Both the position numbers and the translations under genes were made by a program. The notes under the pieces were generated by a model. The model was given only the letters and a program-made list of their open reading frames with translations. It did not search any database and was not told the DNA's origin. Positions 26,555-35,225 of a stretch of 64,000 nucleotides of DNA are shown piece by piece. The DNA lies in IMG/VR virus record IMGVR_UViG_3300021400_000091, positions 24,421-88,420 of that record; one strand, written 5' to 3'. Within the stretch, counting starts at the first letter, position 1, and the number at the start of each line of letters is the position of its first letter. The DNA is from a virus (lineage: Duplodnaviria; Caudoviricetes).

Positions 26555-26892
26555 AAGATGAGATAATTGTTTGCAAATGTGCAGAGATAAATCATTGTTG
26601 TATTATTACATACAATGAAGAAGATAAAGAAGTTTATCTAAATATTCATTTAAATAGACTTCCTTTTTGGAAGAGATTAAGATATGGAATTAAATATATC
26701 TTTGGTTATAGAAGCACTTTAGGTGAAGGTGCTTTTGCTGAAGTAATTGTAGGAGAAAAAGACTGGAAAAAGTTTAAGAAGATTTCATATATGCTTAAAC
26801 CTGAAAGTATAGAGAATAATCCAAAGATTAGAAAAGGTATAGAAAAGATTGTTGGTAATAACAAAAAACAAGATTATGATGTACACCTTTAA
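26551..26892 (+). CDS. Hypothetical protein
   Basis: 113-aa ORF with C.C...H motif. Confidence 0.7.
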   Translation: MKDEIIVCKCAEINHCCIITYNEEDKEVYLNIHLNRLPFWKRLRYGIKYIFGYRSTLGEGAFAEVIVGEKDWKKFKKISYMLKPESIENNPKIRKGIEKIVGNNKKQDYDVHL

Positions 26893-28108
26893 TTGGATTA
26901 AAGCTCTTTATAGAAGAAATAACTATAATGAGCCATGTGTTTGGGCTATAGAGAAATTTGATGATACTAGTCTAGATATATATCATGGTATAGTTGGAAA
27001 AAAGTTAATTAAAGAAGTAATAGTTACTCCCAGAAGTTTAGATGCTGAGATTAAATCTAGAGTTAATGCTAAACGAAAAGCCGGATATAAATATCTTTAT
27101 GAAATTAAAGATAATGTTAATCTGCCCGTAGAGGGAGAGTTACTGAATTATCTCAATACATATCTTCCTATAGATAGAACTAATAGTGAAGGTAATCTAT
27201 TACCTATGCTAGCAAAAGTATTTGATAATACTAGAAATAAACTATTTAAGAATGTTGCTAGTTATATTGGTCAATGGAAAATAAATGGATTGAGATGTTT
27301 TATTAAAGTAGAAATTAATGAAAATGATTTATTTAATAAATACAAACTTATATTTCAATCTAGAGAAGGAACTATTTGGACTAGTTTAAATAATTTAGAG
27401 CAATATCTTCTTTCAGTTATAGATGATAAACTTCTTAAACATATGTGGGAACAACATATAGCTTTAGATGGAGAATTATATATTCCTAATTGTACAGTGA
27501 ATCAAATTAATCATTATGTAAAAGATCCTACTAGTTTTAGAAATAAAGATGTTCAATATTGGTGTTATGATTTAGCTGCTGAAGATACGCCACAGTATAG
27601 AAGAACTTATATTCTTCGTTCTTCATTTGCTAATTTTCTTATTGATATTAAATCTAAAGAAGAACATCTTGCTAATACTAATAGATTCGTAGTTCTTCCT
27701 ACGTTTTTAATTTATTCAGAAGATGATGCTTTTAATTATAGAAATGAATTTATAGATATTGGCTTTGAAGGTCTTATTATGCGTCATCCTGATAAAGAAT
27801 ATCAATTTGGTAAACGTAATGGTTCTATGATTAAATATAAAAGAACCACTGATGGTGTGTTTACTATTGTTGATATTTATCCAGAAGGAGGAATAAGACA
27901 TGAAATACCTTTATTCAAATGTAAAAATGATATTAATAATGAGACATTTGAAGTACATATTAATGGAACACTAGATTCTCAAGCCTATTATCTTAAACAT
28001 AGAGATGAATATATAGGTAAAAAGCTATATATTAGCTATGGTGAAAGAAGTGGAGTTAATCAAGTTCCATTTCATGTAAAGGAAGTTAAACTCTATGGAA
28101 ATAGTTAA
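26876..28108 (+). CDS. ATP-dependent DNA ligase
   Basis: PMLAK, motif I KINGLR, LDGELY, YDL, EGLIMR and IKYK motifs. Confidence 0.92.
   Translation: MMYTFNWIKALYRRNNYNEPCVWAIEKFDDTSLDIYHGIVGKKLIKEVIVTPRSLDAEIKSRVNAKRKAGYKYLYEIKDNVNLPVEGELLNYLNTYLPIDRTNSEGNLLPMLAKVFDNTRNKLFKNVASYIGQWKINGLRCFIKVEINENDLFNKYKLIFQSREGTIWTSLNNLEQYLLSVIDDKLLKHMWEQHIALDGELYIPNCTVNQINHYVKDPTSFRNKDVQYWCYDLAAEDTPQYRRTYILRSSFANFLIDIKSKEEHLANTNRFVVLPTFLIYSEDDAFNYRNEFIDIGFEGLIMRHPDKEYQFGKRNGSMIKYKRTTDGVFTIVDIYPEGGIRHEIPLFKCKNDINNETFEVHINGTLDSQAYYLKHRDEYIGKKLYISYGERSGVNQVPFHVKEVKLYGNS
27125..27135 (+). repeat. CCCGTAGAGGG element, exact
   Basis: In ligase; reads LPVEG. Confidence 0.95.
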
Positions 28109-28445
28109 ATATGACATAATAGATAAAATTGTTAATAAAAACAAACCTTTCTTCGATAAGAAGAGAGGTTTTTTTGTATTTAGAATTGATGACAAAGAAT
28201 ATAATTATTTTTTACAAGCTAAACAAAGTAATAAATATGGTGATTATGATTATTTTATATTATTAGGAAAAGATAAATTTCATAATAGTTGTAAAAAATG
28301 TTATAAAGATGATATTGGTAGATATAAAATTAGACTAACTAAAGAATTAAAAGAATATGTTAGTAATACAATAGAAGATACACCTAATTTTGAACTTAAT
28401 TATATCGAGTCATTGGATTCTTGTGATGTGTGGCAAATAATCTAA
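28095..28445 (+). CDS. Hypothetical protein
   Basis: 116-aa ORF. Confidence 0.7.
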   Translation: MEIVKYDIIDKIVNKNKPFFDKKRGFFVFRIDDKEYNYFLQAKQSNKYGDYDYFILLGKDKFHNSCKKCYKDDIGRYKIRLTKELKEYVSNTIEDTPNFELNYIESLDSCDVWQII

Positions 28446-28605
28446 AATTTGCTGCCTAGCGTTGCTTATACGAGCGTTTTATGTGGGGAATGAGTAACTA
28501 TATTACTCCACATTTAACGCCCGCAGAAAGGCTGTATTTAAGTCAAAATAATTCACGTTTTTACGAAATATTTTGTAAATTTGCTGAAAATAATTGATAT
28601 TGAAT

Positions 28606-28851
28606 ATGATTGATATAAGTGATATTCTTGAACGAATTGAAGAAACTGATAATTCAAGAGTAGATAAATGTGTTATGTACTCTGAAATAGTATTATTTCT
28701 ACAAAGTTGGATTAACAGTTTTGAAGTTCGTGATACTGGGAATAAAATTCATAATGTTGTTCTTAATAGAATAATCACTGAAATAAATTCTCAAGTATTA
28801 AATTTACAAGATGAAGTAAAAAACTTTATAGCATTAAATTTAATAAAATGA
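28606..28851 (+). CDS. Hypothetical protein
   Basis: ATG at 28606; TAAATTTG -7-like site at 28576-28583. Confidence 0.65.
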   Translation: MIDISDILERIEETDNSRVDKCVMYSEIVLFLQSWINSFEVRDTGNKIHNVVLNRIITEINSQVLNLQDEVKNFIALNLIK

Positions 28852-29054
28852 GTAATATGTTTCCTTTTATACAAGTTGATGTTAAAGGTTATGATGAACC
28901 ACATTATATTAATGTCAACTTAATTGCAAGAGTTTATAGAGGAAAAGATAGACAAATATTTGTACAATTTATTGATGGTACTACTATAGAACTTGAAGAA
29001 GGTTCTCTTATTACAGTAACAATGAGAAAAATTAAAGAACTATATGAAAACTAA
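28848..29054 (+). CDS. Hypothetical protein
   Basis: 68-aa ORF overlapping both neighbours. Confidence 0.65.
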   Translation: MSNMFPFIQVDVKGYDEPHYINVNLIARVYRGKDRQIFVQFIDGTTIELEEGSLITVTMRKIKELYEN

Positions 29055-29781
29055 AATTGTAGCAGTTGCTGGAAAGAAAGGCAGTGGTAAAGATACAGTG
29101 ATTAGTATGATTCATTATATTAATACTGTTGGTACTATTGCTAGTTATGAAGGATGGGTAGAGCGTAGTTCTTCCCTTACGGGGAGTTTATCATTAGTTA
29201 AAGTTGCTTTTGCTGATCCTCTTAAAGATATTCTTGCAGGAATGTTTAAAATACCTAGAGCATATTTTGATGACAGAATACATAAGGATTTAACTTACTT
29301 TTGTCCACATAATGGTAAATTTGTTACTTGGGCTGATATTCCAAAATTTAATTACCTTTATATATGTAAAGATGAATACGATTTATTTGAGTTTGCTGAT
29401 TTTATTAATAGTGAACTTAAAGTTAAAGGTAAATATATTGTTCTCAAATTAAGAGAACTTATGCAATATTTTGGAACAGATATTTGTAGAAAAATTCTAG
29501 GTGAAGATATATGGATTAATATTACTGAAAATACAATAAAGCATTTGACTAAAGTTCATAATGTTTGTTATGTTTCTGATGTTAGATATAAGAATGAAGC
29601 AGATTTAATATGTGAACTTGATGGTAGAATAATTAAAGTTATTAGAAATGAGGATGATGAAGATGAATACTCTCATGATTCTGAAATTGTAGACATTAAT
29701 CCACATATTATTATATATAATAACAAGAGTCTTGTAAACCTATTTTATCAAGTACTTCAAATAACACAGGATGTATTATGA
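29044..29781 (+). CDS. Deoxynucleoside monophosphate kinase
   Basis: GKKGSGKDT, AFADPLK, RELMQYFGT and SDVRYKNE motifs. Confidence 0.9.
   Translation: MKTKIVAVAGKKGSGKDTVISMIHYINTVGTIASYEGWVERSSSLTGSLSLVKVAFADPLKDILAGMFKIPRAYFDDRIHKDLTYFCPHNGKFVTWADIPKFNYLYICKDEYDLFEFADFINSELKVKGKYIVLKLRELMQYFGTDICRKILGEDIWINITENTIKHLTKVHNVCYVSDVRYKNEADLICELDGRIIKVIRNEDDEDEYSHDSEIVDINPHIIIYNNKSLVNLFYQVLQITQDVL
29174..29183 (-). repeat. CCCGTAGAGGG-family element with 1-nt deletion (CCCGTAAGGG)
   Basis: In dNMP kinase; flanks fit the consensus. Confidence 0.55.
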
Positions 29782-30596
29782 TTATAGTCGAACCTAAAGC
29801 CGAACTTTGGAAACAAGGCGAAGATATTAAAGCACATATTGTTAGATGTGCTAAAGTATGTTATAGAAGTGAAAGAGATGTAGATAATGATAAATTTTTA
29901 GATGCTCGTATTAAAGGTGGTCACTTATCTATATTTAGACATGGTACTAGATATTATAAAATTCCACTTAGTAAACTTACTGATTATATAGAAACAATAA
30001 TATCTAATAATATTCTTATTAATTATATATATATAGAAAGTTATGTATATCTTGCTATTAATTGTCAGTATCTATTAAACAATGAATTTTTTAGTAATAT
30101 TATTGAAGAATTTAACATAGATATTATAGAAGCTGAAAATAATGAAATTATTTTTAGATATATATTTAGATATAGTTTTTATTTGCAAACTCAAATTTCA
30201 ACAACTAGAGAACTTAATAGAGTTAGTCCTAATAATATATTAGAAGAAAGTACTAGATATGTAGACCAAGGAACTATATGTAGACCTTGGTGGTTTGATT
30301 TGCCAAATAAATATGATAAACGTATTAAAAATAGATACATTAATTCTGTAAATAATTCATTTTATAATTATGAAATTAATTTAATGGAAGGTATGAGTAA
30401 ACAAGATGCTAGAGGATTATTACCTTTAGATACTTGTACTCATGTTGTTTATACTTATTCAATTAAAGAATGGAGAGATATTATAGATAAAAGATATTAT
30501 GGTACTACTGGCAAACCACATCCAAATTGTGTTGAAATAATGGAACAAATTGTTAATCTTTTAAAAGAAGAAGGTCATGAGTTTCGAGATAGGTAA
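29778..30596 (+). CDS. thyX: FAD-dependent thymidylate synthase ThyX
   Basis: CAKVCY, GHLSIFRH, RELNR...EESTRY and QDARGLLP motifs. Confidence 0.85.
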   Translation: MIIVEPKAELWKQGEDIKAHIVRCAKVCYRSERDVDNDKFLDARIKGGHLSIFRHGTRYYKIPLSKLTDYIETIISNNILINYIYIESYVYLAINCQYLLNNEFFSNIIEEFNIDIIEAENNEIIFRYIFRYSFYLQTQISTTRELNRVSPNNILEESTRYVDQGTICRPWWFDLPNKYDKRIKNRYINSVNNSFYNYEINLMEGMSKQDARGLLPLDTCTHVVYTYSIKEWRDIIDKRYYGTTGKPHPNCVEIMEQIVNLLKEEGHEFRDR

Positions 30597-30930
30597 AAAG
30601 TATTTTGGAATACTTCATCTAGATAAAATGGGTATTAATACTCCAAACGACATTCCAATATGTTTACATACAAAATATGGGAATCTTTATGTTATAAAAA
30701 AAGATGATGGTGGTTGTCTTGAATGTATTGGAGATATAACAAATTGTCTTAGTTGTGATAATGTTCATTGTTCAACTGTGTTAATTAAGAAATATAATAA
30801 ACATAATGAAAAGGTATTACTTAGTTTTATAAAAGATAGAATTGAACATATGAAAACAACAAATCCTGAAAATGACTGGAGTTTATTTTATCTAAATAAA
30901 TTAACATCATATTTATATCACGCAAGATGA
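30577..30930 (+). CDS. Hypothetical protein
   Basis: 117-aa Cys-containing ORF. Confidence 0.65.
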   Translation: MSFEIGKKYFGILHLDKMGINTPNDIPICLHTKYGNLYVIKKDDGGCLECIGDITNCLSCDNVHCSTVLIKKYNKHNEKVLLSFIKDRIEHMKTTNPENDWSLFYLNKLTSYLYHAR

Positions 30931-31085
30931 AAAGATTAATGTGTATTTTAGGTTTTCATAACTATGAAGTCATCAAAGAAGAAGACTTAGTTATGTTTGA
31001 TAAAGTTATTGGTAAGATTATTATCAGTAGATGTATTCATTGTGGAAAAATCAAAGAATATGTATATCATACTGTAAAGTATTAA
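30927..31085 (+). CDS. 52-aa Zn-ribbon protein, DUF1660-like (not in ORF track)
   Basis: MKRLMCILGFHNY...SRCIHCGK; ATGA overlap with the previous gene. Confidence 0.65.
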   Translation: MKRLMCILGFHNYEVIKEEDLVMFDKVIGKIIISRCIHCGKIKEYVYHTVKY

Positions 31086-31097
31086 GTTATATTAGTT

Positions 31098-31862
31098 ATG
31101 GCAAGTATTTATGATATTAGTTCTGACCTTCTAGAACTATTTCAAGCAATTGAAGAACAAGAAGGAGAAATTACTGAAGAGCAAGAGAAAGTATTAGAAA
31201 TTAAAGAAGAAGAACTTTCTGATAAACTTCAAAAGTATGCTCAAGCAGTAAGGCAATTTGAATTAGATATTAACTCTTGCAAAGAAGAAGAGAAACGTAT
31301 TAAGGCTAGAAGAGATGTTTATACCAAACGAATTGAACGACTTAAAAAAGTAATGCTTGATGCTGTTCAAATGTTTGGTAAAGAAACAAAATCTGGTAGT
31401 AAGTATATTGAATTACCTACTATGAGATTAGGAACTAGAAATAGTACATCTGTTACATTAGATGAATATAGAGAACAAGAGATTATTGATAGAACTATTC
31501 AGTATGTAGATGAATTACTTGATGAAGGTATATTTGATATAGATAATTTTGATATGGAAGGATTCTTACAAGCGCTAAACGCTAATTATAAAGCAGAATT
31601 TGAAGCTAATCCATTTAATGCTGATAAAGAATTTATTCCTATTACTGCAAATGATTTAATTAGTATAAAGTGTAAACTTGTTTTTGATAGTAAATTAATT
31701 GATTTATTAAGACGTGGACAATTACTTATAGCACATAATGCTATATATGTTGATTCATCTTGTGAATGTAATACTAGTAAAACTGAGATGAAAGAAATAT
31801 TAAATGATAAAGAAGTTACATTTGCAGAATTAAATAACAATGTATCATTAACAATGAAATGA
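31098..31862 (+). CDS. Siphovirus Gp157-like coiled-coil protein
   Basis: MASIYDI...EGEIT...KEEEKRI..RR....KRIERLK pattern. Confidence 0.75.
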   Translation: MASIYDISSDLLELFQAIEEQEGEITEEQEKVLEIKEEELSDKLQKYAQAVRQFELDINSCKEEEKRIKARRDVYTKRIERLKKVMLDAVQMFGKETKSGSKYIELPTMRLGTRNSTSVTLDEYREQEIIDRTIQYVDELLDEGIFDIDNFDMEGFLQALNANYKAEFEANPFNADKEFIPITANDLISIKCKLVFDSKLIDLLRRGQLLIAHNAIYVDSSCECNTSKTEMKEILNDKEVTFAELNNNVSLTMK

Positions 31863-32296
31863 AATGTGTAAATCATTGTCCTTTTAGAATTAAAATAACT
31901 AGGGCACTTGAAGTTTCTAGATGGGGTACAAAGAAACAATTTAAAGAATCTAGTATCCCATCTAGATTTAATAATGAAAATGTTTCTATATTTGTAAAAT
32001 CTGGAGGAGGATATATAACAGGTAAATATTTACCTTCTCAATTATATTATGATAGAGATTTTGATGATTTTGAAGAAATGGATAGAATGAATAATTATAT
32101 TGATCCTATAATAATTCCAGTTACATCATTGTATGATGCTATTTTAAATACTTATATATTTGTATGTGATATTAAAATACTAAATGAATATATAGAAACA
32201 TTAAAACAAATTCATATTGTTGAATTTGAAGTTAATGAAGAAATAAAAAACCAACATTATATTATTAATCACAGAACAATAAATTATGGAAACTAG
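31859..32296 (+). CDS. Hypothetical protein
   Basis: 145-aa ORF. Confidence 0.65.
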   Translation: MKCVNHCPFRIKITRALEVSRWGTKKQFKESSIPSRFNNENVSIFVKSGGGYITGKYLPSQLYYDRDFDDFEEMDRMNNYIDPIIIPVTSLYDAILNTYIFVCDIKILNEYIETLKQIHIVEFEVNEEIKNQHYIINHRTINYGN

Positions 32297-33308
32297 AGGA
32301 ATGCCTTTTGTTTTTGGAGGAGTTAAAAATGTCGACGACTGCAAAACTGCTGAAGAGGTTATTGAAAAAGCTGGTTTAAATTGGGATGTTAGGAAAGCTG
32401 AAATATATGCTATGATTCCTAATGCAAAAACTATATGTCCTGGTGGTATATATGCCAATTCAGGAGTATATAATCCTGTAGAAAATATGTATGCTACTTA
32501 TAGAAGCGATACTGGGCAACCACTTGGTATTGTTAAAGGTAGATATGAACCTGTGCAGAATAGAGATGCTTTTAAATTCTTTAATGATGCTATTGGTAAG
32601 AATGAAGCAATTTGGCAAACTGCTGGATGTTGTGATGGTGGTAGTAGAGTATTTGTTAGTGCTAAGTTACCTAATACAATTACAATAAATGGAGATCCGG
32701 TAGATAATTATTTAGTATTTGTAACTAGTCATGACGGAAGTACTGGTGTAAAGATTATGCTTACCCCAATTAGAATCTTTTGTCAAAATTGTTTAAATGC
32801 TGCTGTTAAAAATGCTGATAGTTATATTAGTTATAGACATACTAAGAGTGTTCATAAAAATATAGATTTAGCTCATGAAATTCTTGGTATTTGTAATACT
32901 AAGATTAAGAATTTACAGTTAGTTTATGATTTACTTGGTAAAAAGGAAATGAGTGATGCTAAAGCACAAGAAGCATTTTGTGATTTAATTTTAACTGACG
33001 CTGAGGTTCAACAACTTGCTGATACAGGTCATACCAAGTTTGAAATTGTTAATAGAAATTATAGAGCTATTAACGATAGCGGAATATCTATGAAGAAAGT
33101 TAATACTATTAGTAATCTAAATGATTATTATTATAATGGTATTGCTCAGAAGGAAATAGTCGGTACAGCATGGGGAGTGTATAATGCTGTTACAGGTTAT
33201 TATTCAAATGTAGACAATGTCGAAGGACAAAAGAGATTTGATTCTCTTCTGTTTGGAGATAAAGCTAACAAAATTAAAGCATTTAGTGATTATTTACTTG
33301 AAGTTTAA
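32286..33308 (+). CDS. DUF932 family protein
   Basis: AGLNWDV, LGIV..RYEPVQN, TSHDGS, TPIRIFCQN and GTAWGVYNAVT motifs. Confidence 0.88.
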   Translation: METRGMPFVFGGVKNVDDCKTAEEVIEKAGLNWDVRKAEIYAMIPNAKTICPGGIYANSGVYNPVENMYATYRSDTGQPLGIVKGRYEPVQNRDAFKFFNDAIGKNEAIWQTAGCCDGGSRVFVSAKLPNTITINGDPVDNYLVFVTSHDGSTGVKIMLTPIRIFCQNCLNAAVKNADSYISYRHTKSVHKNIDLAHEILGICNTKIKNLQLVYDLLGKKEMSDAKAQEAFCDLILTDAEVQQLADTGHTKFEIVNRNYRAINDSGISMKKVNTISNLNDYYYNGIAQKEIVGTAWGVYNAVTGYYSNVDNVEGQKRFDSLLFGDKANKIKAFSDYLLEV

Positions 33309-33310
33309 TT

Positions 33311-33760
33311 ATGGATGTAAAGTTCAAAAAACTTGTTGATGGAGCAGTTACTCCAAAGTATGCCAAGCCAGGTGATGCTGGAATGGATTTAGTTGCTGTG
33401 AATTATAAATATGATGAAGAATTAGATAATCATATTTATGGAACTGGTATTGCGATTGAAATTCCTGAAGGTTATGTTGGTTTATTATTTCCTAGAAGTT
33501 CCAATAGAAAAACTAGTGCTTATATGACTAATCATGTTGGCATTATTGATTCTGGATATAGAGGAGAAATTATGGTAACCTTTAAGCAAAGAGATTTCAA
33601 TGGTGATCCGATTACTGATGAAACTCCAACTCCATATAAAGTTGGTGATAGAATTGCTCAATTAATTATTATGCCTTATCCACAAATTAATCTAGTTGAA
33701 ACAGATGAGCTTTCCGAAACTGAGCGAGGAACAGGTGGGCATGGCAGTACAGGAGCTTAA
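33311..33760 (+). CDS. dut: dUTPase (trimeric)
   Basis: AGMDL, PRSS, GIIDSGYRGE, RIAQL and RGTGGHGSTG motifs. Confidence 0.97.
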   Translation: MDVKFKKLVDGAVTPKYAKPGDAGMDLVAVNYKYDEELDNHIYGTGIAIEIPEGYVGLLFPRSSNRKTSAYMTNHVGIIDSGYRGEIMVTFKQRDFNGDPITDETPTPYKVGDRIAQLIIMPYPQINLVETDELSETERGTGGHGSTGA

Positions 33761-34067
33761 AGGCTTCATTGGCTGTGCTAAATTTACTCATGTTGAAAAA
33801 GGACATACATATTTCATTAGAGATGTTCTAAAATCTAAACATCCTGATACTGGTGAATGGTATTATGCAGTACTATATTATCAAGTAGAATCTAAAGAAA
33901 GATTTGTAAGGAGTTTAGAATCATTTTTAGAGAATTTTATAATGCTAGATGAAGATATATTTTGTCCTATAAAAAGATGTTATTGTGAATTTTGTTATAT
34001 GATTCCTATAACAAAGTATTTCTTTTGTAATAAAGAATTTGAAAACGAAAAATGTTGTAAATCATAA
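33741..34067 (+). CDS. DUF1653-like protein
   Basis: H..KG..Y...KHPDTGE..VLY...FVR...F...F pattern. Confidence 0.55.
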   Translation: MAVQELKGFIGCAKFTHVEKGHTYFIRDVLKSKHPDTGEWYYAVLYYQVESKERFVRSLESFLENFIMLDEDIFCPIKRCYCEFCYMIPITKYFFCNKEFENEKCCKS

Positions 34068-34073
34068 GAAATT

Positions 34074-34358
34074 ATGAAAGAACTAAAAGATACTGTTGAT
34101 TTGATGCTGTCTGATGATTATGTAGACAGATTTAAAGCTGAATATTATCAACTAGAAACTAGATTTATTAAACTTGCGTCGATTGTTGGAAATTGGGATA
34201 AACTTAATTTTACCCCAAATATGAGTAGAGAATTTTATATAAAGCAGCTTCATATTATGGCAATGTATTTATATTATTTAATCTTTAGAAGTGGCATAGA
34301 AAAAGTAAATATTGATAAGAGTGAAAATATAGATGAAATTATCCTTGTATATATGTGA
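34074..34358 (+). CDS. Hypothetical phage protein
   Basis: LMLSDDYVDRFKAEYYQL, a common small phage protein pattern. Confidence 0.7.
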   Translation: MKELKDTVDLMLSDDYVDRFKAEYYQLETRFIKLASIVGNWDKLNFTPNMSREFYIKQLHIMAMYLYYLIFRSGIEKVNIDKSENIDEIILVYM

Positions 34359-34543
34359 TGCCTAAAAAAGTAATTGCCACTTATAATATCTTGAATAATT
34401 GTTATCAATTTGAATGTCCTACTTGTGAAAAGAAACATATAATGAATCTTTCTATGGAAGAAGAAATGACTCTTGAACTTGGTTATGGACTTCAAGTTGA
34501 ATGTAATGATTGCGGACAAGATATAAAGGTATTCATTGAGTAG
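34358..34543 (+). CDS. Small zinc-ribbon protein
   Basis: CPTC...CNDC. Confidence 0.65.
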   Translation: MPKKVIATYNILNNCYQFECPTCEKKHIMNLSMEEEMTLELGYGLQVECNDCGQDIKVFIE

Positions 34544-34550
34544 CAATTCT

Positions 34551-34561
34551 CCCTTTACGGG
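34551..34561 (-). repeat. CCCGTAGAGGG element, 1 mismatch (CCCGTAAAGGG)
   Basis: Intergenic. Confidence 0.85.
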
Positions 34562-34698
34562 CAGTGAGTAGTAAGCAACATTGGTGTTACGCTTGCGTTA
34601 ACATTGATGATTATATTAGTCAAACTGTAATAATTAAAATTAGTGTTAATTGGTTTTGTACTTGTGCTAATTTTGCGAAATCAGCTTATTATAATCTG

Positions 34699-34709
34699 CC
34701 CGTAGAGGG
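34699..34709 (+). repeat. CCCGTAGAGGG element, exact
   Basis: Intergenic; inverted partner of 34551. Confidence 0.95.
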
Positions 34710-34759
34710 AATCATTGCTACTTACACTATTTTACTAACAATTTTTCAATGTTGCAACA

Positions 34760-35101
34760 ATGAAAGTTTTACTTATTTCTATTTTAGTTTTATTAGTCAT
34801 AACTATTGTTTTAGGTTTTGTATTACTTAATGGTATTAAGAATCTTATACAATTAATAGGTAGTTTTGCTGAAGTAACTGCTGATAATTTTGTTACTGTA
34901 GATAATTCTGTACATTCTTGTGAAATTAATTCTAAGAATATAGAAAATAAAATTGAGAAATTAGATGATAAAATTGACACTGTTCAAGATACTCTTGAAG
35001 TAATTGTTCCTCTATGTAGAAACGGATATCCTAAATTAGATGAAATAATTGAAAATACTAAACCAAAACCTAGAAAGACTAAGAAAACTAGTGAAAAATA
35101 A
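34760..35101 (+). CDS. Single-TM coiled-coil protein
   Basis: Long hydrophobic N-terminal helix and basic tail; last plus-strand gene. Confidence 0.7.
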   Translation: MKVLLISILVLLVITIVLGFVLLNGIKNLIQLIGSFAEVTADNFVTVDNSVHSCEINSKNIENKIEKLDDKIDTVQDTLEVIVPLCRNGYPKLDEIIENTKPKPRKTKKTSEK

Positions 35102-35173
35102 TTTATAAACTATTAAGTTTTTTGGTGTTTCAGTGATTTAATCTTCATAGTAATATAGTTCATCAGATTTAAT

Positions 35174-35222
35174 AAGAAAGCCCCACAGCTGCCAATTATG
35201 GCGGTTGTGGGGCATTTTTTTT
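35174..35222. terminator. Terminator between convergent gene blocks
   Basis: GCCCCACAGCTGCCA/TGGCGGTTGTGGGGC stem, followed by A+T8 and preceded by AAGAAA. Confidence 0.85.
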
Positions 35223-35225
35223 CTA

